Positions 48,471 through 55,403 of a stretch of DNA of 55,403 bases are shown here, one piece after another; the first letter of the stretch is position 1, and every line of letters starts with the position of its first letter. The position numbers and the translations under genes are program-made. The notes under the pieces are model-generated. The model did no database searches and was not told where the DNA came from. It worked only from the letters and a program-made list of their open reading frames with translations. Source of the DNA: Chloroflexota bacterium (GTDB lineage Bacteria; Chloroflexota; Limnocylindria; Limnocylindrales; CSP1-4); assembly GCA_032128175.1 (NCBI GenBank), contig JAQBHC010000166.1:1-55403 (forward strand), given 5' to 3'.

Positions 48471-48932
48471 GTGACCGAACGCACCCTCGTCCTCGTCAAA
48501 CCCGATGGCGTCCAGCGCCTGCTCGCCGGCCGGATCCTGGCCCGCTACGAGGAGCGCGGCCTGCGCCTGGTCGGCGTGAAGCTCATGGCCGTCAGTCGCG
48601 ACCTCGCCGAGACCCACTACGCGGTCCACAGCGCGCGGCCGTTCTTTGACGGACTGGTCGACTTCATCACCAGCGGGCCCGTCCTGGCGGCGGTCCTTGA
48701 AGGACCCAATGCCATCGCGGTCGTCCGGGCGATGAACGGGGCGACGAAGCCACACGAGGCTGCGCCCGGGACCATCCGCGGGGATCTGGCCCTGGAGACG
48801 GCGCAGAACCTGGTCCATGCTTCCGACAGCGTCGAGACAGCTGTGTCGGAGATTGCGCTCTGGTTCGCCGCCGGCGAACTGATCGACTACGACCGCGAGA
48901 TCGATCGCTGGGTGCTCGCGCCCGAGGGTTGA
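48471..48932 (+). CDS. ndk: Nucleoside-diphosphate kinase
   Basis: ERTLVLVKPDGV, PGTIRGD, NLVHASDS; GGAGG before GTG. Confidence 0.98.
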   Translation: MTERTLVLVKPDGVQRLLAGRILARYEERGLRLVGVKLMAVSRDLAETHYAVHSARPFFDGLVDFITSGPVLAAVLEGPNAIAVVRAMNGATKPHEAAPGTIRGDLALETAQNLVHASDSVETAVSEIALWFAAGELIDYDREIDRWVLAPEG

Positions 48933-48961
48933 TCTGAAGGCCGGCCGGATCGCCCGCTCGG

Positions 48962-50479
48962 CTAGAGGAGAGCCCCCAGGCCGGACGGTGCCGACCCACT
49001 GCTCGCGCCGGCCGGCGCGTCGGTCGCGGCCGTTGAGCCGAGGCCCCCGATTGCGACCGACAAGCCCACCACGGCCACGAGGACGGCTGTCGCGGCGGCG
49101 AGCGGATGTCGATTGTCGCGGGCGATTGTCGTGATCATTCGGACCGGTGAAGAATCGCCGGCCCACCCGTCGGGTCGCTCCCGGCCAACAGTGATATCGG
49201 CATGCCGTGCGGCCCGAACAGGCCCGGACGCGGCTCCCAGGCCGACCACGAGGAGGCGACCCAGGAAGAGCAGGGGCGCGAACGCCGCCAGAAGCACGAT
49301 CGCCGCGATCGGGCCCGGAAGGGCGAGCTGGACGAGGGCCGCTCGAGCCTCAAAGTTTGCGACGCCGGGCAGGCCGACGGCGCTCACCAGGACCAGCCCG
49401 AACGCGACGCCGAGGATCGGGGCGCGGCGCGCCCAACCGCTCAGTTCGACCCGCCGGTGTACGCCAAAGGTCGCTCTCATCACGAGGACCCAGGCCGACA
49501 GTCCGGCCTTCACGGCGACCGCGGCGATGATCCAATCGCGACCGGCGGCGGTCGCTAGCGAGTTGTTCGAGGCGAAGGCGAGGATCGCGATCCCGGCATC
49601 CTGCACGATGGCATAGGCGAGGACGTGCTCGAGGTCGTCGTGTGCGACCGCGGCGATGCCGGCCAGCACGATGCCCAGGGCAGCGAGGAGCGCGACGAGG
49701 AGGTGCTCACCCTCGAGCAGAACGCCAGTCGGCGAGAGCGTGACCTCAATCCAGCCCAAGGCGACGAGTGCAAAGGCAGCGGCTCCCCAGCCGAGCACGG
49801 GCGGCACCACCGAGGCCGGCATCGTCTCGGCAAACCGGGCAGCCCACGCGTGCGCCGGGATGGCGCCCATGCGGATCGCCACCGCGCCGACGATGGCCAG
49901 AAGCGCCAGGCCCATAGCCGTCTCGAGCGTCGGGTCGATGCTGCCGAGCGGGCCGATCGCGGACAGCGGGCCCGCAGGCGACGCGCCCCAGGCGACCACG
50001 AGCAGGCTGAGGACACCCGCGGCCACGATGGAACGGGCGGACCGAATGCCCAGTTTCGAAACCGTGGCGCTGTCGCCCCGCGCCCCGGCGAGCGGCACGA
50101 TCGCCACCAGCAGCGCCCCGCCGATCAGGAGCGCGAAGCCGATCCCGTGATCGGCCACGGCGAGCCCCGCGGAACCGAACGCGAGACCCACGAGCGCAGG
50201 ACCAAGTACAGCCGGGCCTTTGCCCAGCAGTGCATCGATGATCCCGAACAGCAAAGTGGAGGCGGCCCAGACCGTGGCCAGGGTCCGGAGTCCATCTGAT
50301 CCGCCGATCACCGAACCCGCGAGCGGGACGACGTCGGAGGCATCGATCGACGCGGCGGCCACGACGCACGCGACTGCGGTCGCCAGGCCGACCGCGAATG
50401 AGAGGCTCCGGCGCGTCCCGAGGAGGGCCGTGGCGAGGCCGCCCGGGAGTGCGAGGGCGATCAGCAACAGGACGCTCAT
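48962..50479 (-). CDS. Divergent proton-conducting antiporter-like subunit (NuoL/M/N, MrpD, HyfF superfamily)
   Basis: IRMGAIPAHAW, DDLEHVLAY, SAVGLPG..NF..R resemble the KxGxxPxHxW, KRxLAYS and GxPP..GF motifs; very hydrophobic. Confidence 0.7.
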   Translation of the reverse strand: MSVLLLIALALPGGLATALLGTRRSLSFAVGLATAVACVVAAASIDASDVVPLAGSVIGGSDGLRTLATVWAASTLLFGIIDALLGKGPAVLGPALVGLAFGSAGLAVADHGIGFALLIGGALLVAIVPLAGARGDSATVSKLGIRSARSIVAAGVLSLLVVAWGASPAGPLSAIGPLGSIDPTLETAMGLALLAIVGAVAIRMGAIPAHAWAARFAETMPASVVPPVLGWGAAAFALVALGWIEVTLSPTGVLLEGEHLLVALLAALGIVLAGIAAVAHDDLEHVLAYAIVQDAGIAILAFASNNSLATAAGRDWIIAAVAVKAGLSAWVLVMRATFGVHRRVELSGWARRAPILGVAFGLVLVSAVGLPGVANFEARAALVQLALPGPIAAIVLLAAFAPLLFLGRLLVVGLGAASGPVRAARHADITVGRERPDGWAGDSSPVRMITTIARDNRHPLAAATAVLVAVVGLSVAIGGLGSTAATDAPAGASSGSAPSGLGALL

Positions 50480-51183
50480 TTCCGGGCGGCCTCAGCGTCC
50501 GGTCCTGACTGGTTGACCGCTGTGGCCGTCCTCGGCCGAGGGTCCGGCCGCGTCTGAAGCGCTATCAGGACCGATCCAGCGATCGCCACTGCGACGAGCA
50601 TCGCGACTCCGGCCAGTTGCTCGAGGTCACCCGGGGCCCCTGACATACCGGTCCGGAAGAGCAGCACACCCTGCAGCAGTACGAGCAAGCCGATGGCGGT
50701 TCGTACGACACCTCGGCCCCCGAGCGCGGGCACCAGGCCGACGACGATCGACGCGAGGCCGGCGGCACCGATCAGGGCGCCCGGCGTCAGGAGCGCCAGA
50801 GGATCATCGATGGGTGCGCTCGGGCCCGTGGGGTAGAGCACCCCGATGCGGACGGAAACATGGACTGCCACGATCCACGCGGCGACCGCGAGGAGCGCTT
50901 CGACGGGCCACCCGAGTCCGGACCCACCGCGGGATCGGGCTGGACCAAGGTCGGTTGCCTCATCCGCGGCATTCAGGGCGGCCCGCAGGAGGTACGCAGC
51001 CAGCGCCCCGCCGATCACCCTCATCGCCAGGGTCGAGGCAGGCGGGAGCGGATCGCCCAGAAACGGGGCTGCGCCCAGGGCGATCGCCAGTCCCACGAGC
51101 GCGACGCGCGCCTCGCGGGCCGAGATCGCGATAACCGCTCCGGCGGTGACTGCGATGGCGATCCCGACGAGGATGGGGCTCAC
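50476..51183 (-). CDS. Hypothetical multi-pass membrane protein
   Basis: About 7 hydrophobic segments; GTG 51183 shortly after the lepB stop; ATGA-coupled to the next gene. Confidence 0.68.
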   Translation of the reverse strand: MSPILVGIAIAVTAGAVIAISAREARVALVGLAIALGAAPFLGDPLPPASTLAMRVIGGALAAYLLRAALNAADEATDLGPARSRGGSGLGWPVEALLAVAAWIVAVHVSVRIGVLYPTGPSAPIDDPLALLTPGALIGAAGLASIVVGLVPALGGRGVVRTAIGLLVLLQGVLLFRTGMSGAPGDLEQLAGVAMLVAVAIAGSVLIALQTRPDPRPRTATAVNQSGPDAEAARK

Positions 51184-51193
51184 GCCCGGCGGC

Positions 51194-51793
51194 TCACGGC
51201 GACGGGGTCGCGAGTTCCGGGTGCGCGGGCACGGGGAGGAATCCGACGGTGTCGAACGGCCAGTAGCGGATCCAGGCGCGCCCGACGACCCGCGCAATCT
51301 CGATCGGGCCGAAGTTTCGCGAGTCGGCGGAGTCTTCTCGGTGATCGCCCATTACGAAGAGTTCGCCCTCGGGTATGACCCACCGGGCGGCCCCTCCGGG
51401 TGCCGGATACGACTGCTGCTGGACGCCTGCCAGGTCAATGAAGATGTACGGCTCGCTGAATGTCACGCCGTTGACCTGGACCGCGCCGTCGGTGAGCTGC
51501 ACCGTATCCCCGGGCAGCCCGATGACGCGCTTGATGAACGGCACCTCGGACCCCTGGTTCCAGCTATCCGGGGGGCGGAAGACGATGATGTCCCCGTAGG
51601 AATACGCATCCCATCGAGGCGAGAGCTTGTCCACCAACACGTACTGCTCCGGGATCAGCGTGTTTTCCATCGAGCCCTGCTGGACCTTGAAGGGCTGGGC
51701 GACGAACGCTTGAATCCCGAAGAAGATGATGACGGTGAGGACGAGGGTTTCGATGACCTCGACCAGGCAGCCGAGCGCGGGACGTTGACTCAC
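51194..51793 (-). CDS. lepB: Signal peptidase I
   Basis: TM anchor, GSMENTL (Ser), GDIIVF, IKRVIGLPGD (Lys), MGDHR..S.DSR; GTG 51793 after TATACT. Confidence 0.95.
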   Translation of the reverse strand: MSQRPALGCLVEVIETLVLTVIIFFGIQAFVAQPFKVQQGSMENTLIPEQYVLVDKLSPRWDAYSYGDIIVFRPPDSWNQGSEVPFIKRVIGLPGDTVQLTDGAVQVNGVTFSEPYIFIDLAGVQQQSYPAPGGAARWVIPEGELFVMGDHREDSADSRNFGPIEIARVVGRAWIRYWPFDTVGFLPVPAHPELATPSP

Positions 51794-51903
51794 AGGACCG
51801 GGAGTATAGGGGCTCAAGCTCTGGTTCCGCCCCGTGGCGAGCGGCCCGTCAGCGGGCCCGGCACGGCTGCTGCTTGTATCGAGAATCCAGCGGCTCATGT
51901 GAT

Positions 51904-51933
51904 TTGACCCGCTGGAACGGCGGTTGATACACT
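51904..51933 (+). promoter_or_regulatory. Putative hppA promoter
   Basis: TTGACC, 18 nt spacer, extended -10 TG-A-TACACT. Confidence 0.6.
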
Positions 51934-52090
51934 CGCGGCCATCCTGAAACGGCTCGTCCGTGCGCGCCCCTGAGTTCCCGTGCGCGGCTCGTTGTCGCAG
52001 GTCATTGTTTTCCGAAATGCGCCCGTTCGGGCGCCGCGCGTCCATGAAGGGCCGCGGTCATGTCTGCACTTGGAGGATCCCTTCACCTCA

Positions 52091-54298
<2,208 letters not shown>

Positions 54299-54311
54299 GC
54301 CCGAACTAGCG

Positions 54312-54335
54312 GCGATCGGGCGGGCGCCCGATCGC
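54312..54335 (+). terminator. Hairpin between hppA and uppP (terminator or mRNA stability element)
   Basis: Perfect 10-bp stem GCGATCGGGC/GCCCGATCGC, 4-nt loop, no U tract. Confidence 0.4.
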
Positions 54336-54348
54336 TCCAAGGAGCCGG

Positions 54349-55185
54349 ATGGACATCTTCGTCCAGGCCATCGTCATGGGCCTCGTGCAGGGACTCACCG
54401 AGTTCCTGCCCGTGTCGAGCTCCGGCCATCTGATCATCGTCCCGGCCCTCCTGGGCTGGGACGATCCCTTTATCGGCAGCCTCGCCTTCAGCGTCATGCT
54501 TCATCTCTCGACGCTGCTGGCGCTGCTGATCTTCTTTCGAGCCGACTGGGCGCGGCTCATTCCGGCCTGGATCGCCTCCGTTCGAGACCGGTCCATCCAC
54601 GGTGATCCGGATCGAAAGCTGGCCTGGCTGCTCCTTGTGTCGACTGTTCCGGCCGTCATCGCCGGGCTGCTGCTCAACGATTCGATCGAGGGGGCGTTCC
54701 GCTCGGTCAACCTGGTCGCGCTATCGCTCGTCGTCGGCGCCGGGATCCTGTGGGCGGCCGAACGGCTCGGAAGCCGGTCTCGCCCGATGAGTGACCTCGG
54801 CCTGCGGGGGGCAATCGGTATCGGTGCGGCCCAGGCGTTCGCGCTCGTCCCGGGGATCAGTCGCTCGGGGATTTCGATTTCGGCCGGCCTGTTTGCCGGG
54901 CTCGATCGTGAGTCGGCGGCCCGGTTCAGCTTCCTGATGGCCACCCCGATCACGGCGGGCGCCGGTCTGTATGAAGTTCGAAAGCTCATCGCCGGCGAGG
55001 TCGGGACTGACCTGACGGTCGCTCCGCTGGTGGCCGGCATGATTGCCGCACTCGTGGCCGGACTCCTCGCGATCTCGTTCCTGCTTCGGTTCCTGCGTTC
55101 AAACCCCACGACCGTCTTCATCGCGTACCGCCTGGTCCTTGCCGGAGTCGTCCTCGTGGCGGCGGGTGGCCTGTGGGACCGCTAG
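54349..55185 (+). CDS. uppP: Undecaprenyl-diphosphate phosphatase (BacA)
   Basis: QGLTEFLPVSSSGH, PGISRSG, AARFSFL. Confidence 0.97.
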   Translation: MDIFVQAIVMGLVQGLTEFLPVSSSGHLIIVPALLGWDDPFIGSLAFSVMLHLSTLLALLIFFRADWARLIPAWIASVRDRSIHGDPDRKLAWLLLVSTVPAVIAGLLLNDSIEGAFRSVNLVALSLVVGAGILWAAERLGSRSRPMSDLGLRGAIGIGAAQAFALVPGISRSGISISAGLFAGLDRESAARFSFLMATPITAGAGLYEVRKLIAGEVGTDLTVAPLVAGMIAALVAGLLAISFLLRFLRSNPTTVFIAYRLVLAGVVLVAAGGLWDR

Positions 55186-55198
55186 GGGAGGCGATTTC

Positions 55199-55403
55199 AT
55201 GGAGGTCATGAAGCAGCTGCGCCATCGCGCCATCCGCGACCTCGTTGAGCAGCGCCTGATCCGCACCCAGCAGGAGCTGGCCGCTGCACTCCGCGAGCGA
55301 GGCTTCCGGACGACGCAGGCCACGATCAGCCGTGATGTCGCCGAACTGGGCCTGCTGAAGGCCTTGCGCGACGGAACCCAGGCCTATGCCCTTCCGCGTC
55401 GCC
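55199..55403 (+). CDS. argR: Arginine repressor, 5' part (runs off the window)
   Basis: MKQLRHRAIRDLV..IRTQQELAAALRERGFRTTQATISRDVAELGLLK winged helix; start 55199 or 55208, each with GGAGG; absent from the ORF track. Confidence 0.92.
   Translation, partial: MEVMKQLRHRAIRDLVEQRLIRTQQELAAALRERGFRTTQATISRDVAELGLLKALRDGTQAYALPRR

Overview
High-GC bacterial chromosomal window with about 45 genes; I found no rRNA, tRNA, CRISPR array or mobile element. Gene content and promoter style suggest a Chloroflexota or actinobacteria-like organism (inference only). Main blocks in order: ABC exporter; a YyaL/SPATA20-like gene broken by an in-frame TGA at a conserved Trp codon; a Nudix fusion with a degenerate metallo-beta-lactamase domain; tatA; DoxX; long Lhr helicase; an alpha-glucan block (glgX, glgE, treS-maltokinase fusion, large unusual GH13); a cyanophycin locus; azlCD; DegV; glutamate dehydrogenase; coaX-coaBC-panB-panC; an NCS2 permease behind a long structured leader; M16 peptidase; ndk; lepB with an orphan antiporter-like pair; K+-independent H+-pyrophosphatase; uppP; the start of argR. 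The best candidate for an undescribed system is the cyanophycin locus. cphB-cphA is faced by a second CphA-derived gene that keeps the N and Mur-ligase domains but has lost the whole ATP-grasp domain, the mirror image of CphA2. A 32-aa membrane peptide gene lies between the two, and an M20 peptidase is transcribed divergently from the paralogue. Many genes look leaderless, so several starts were moved from the ORF track.
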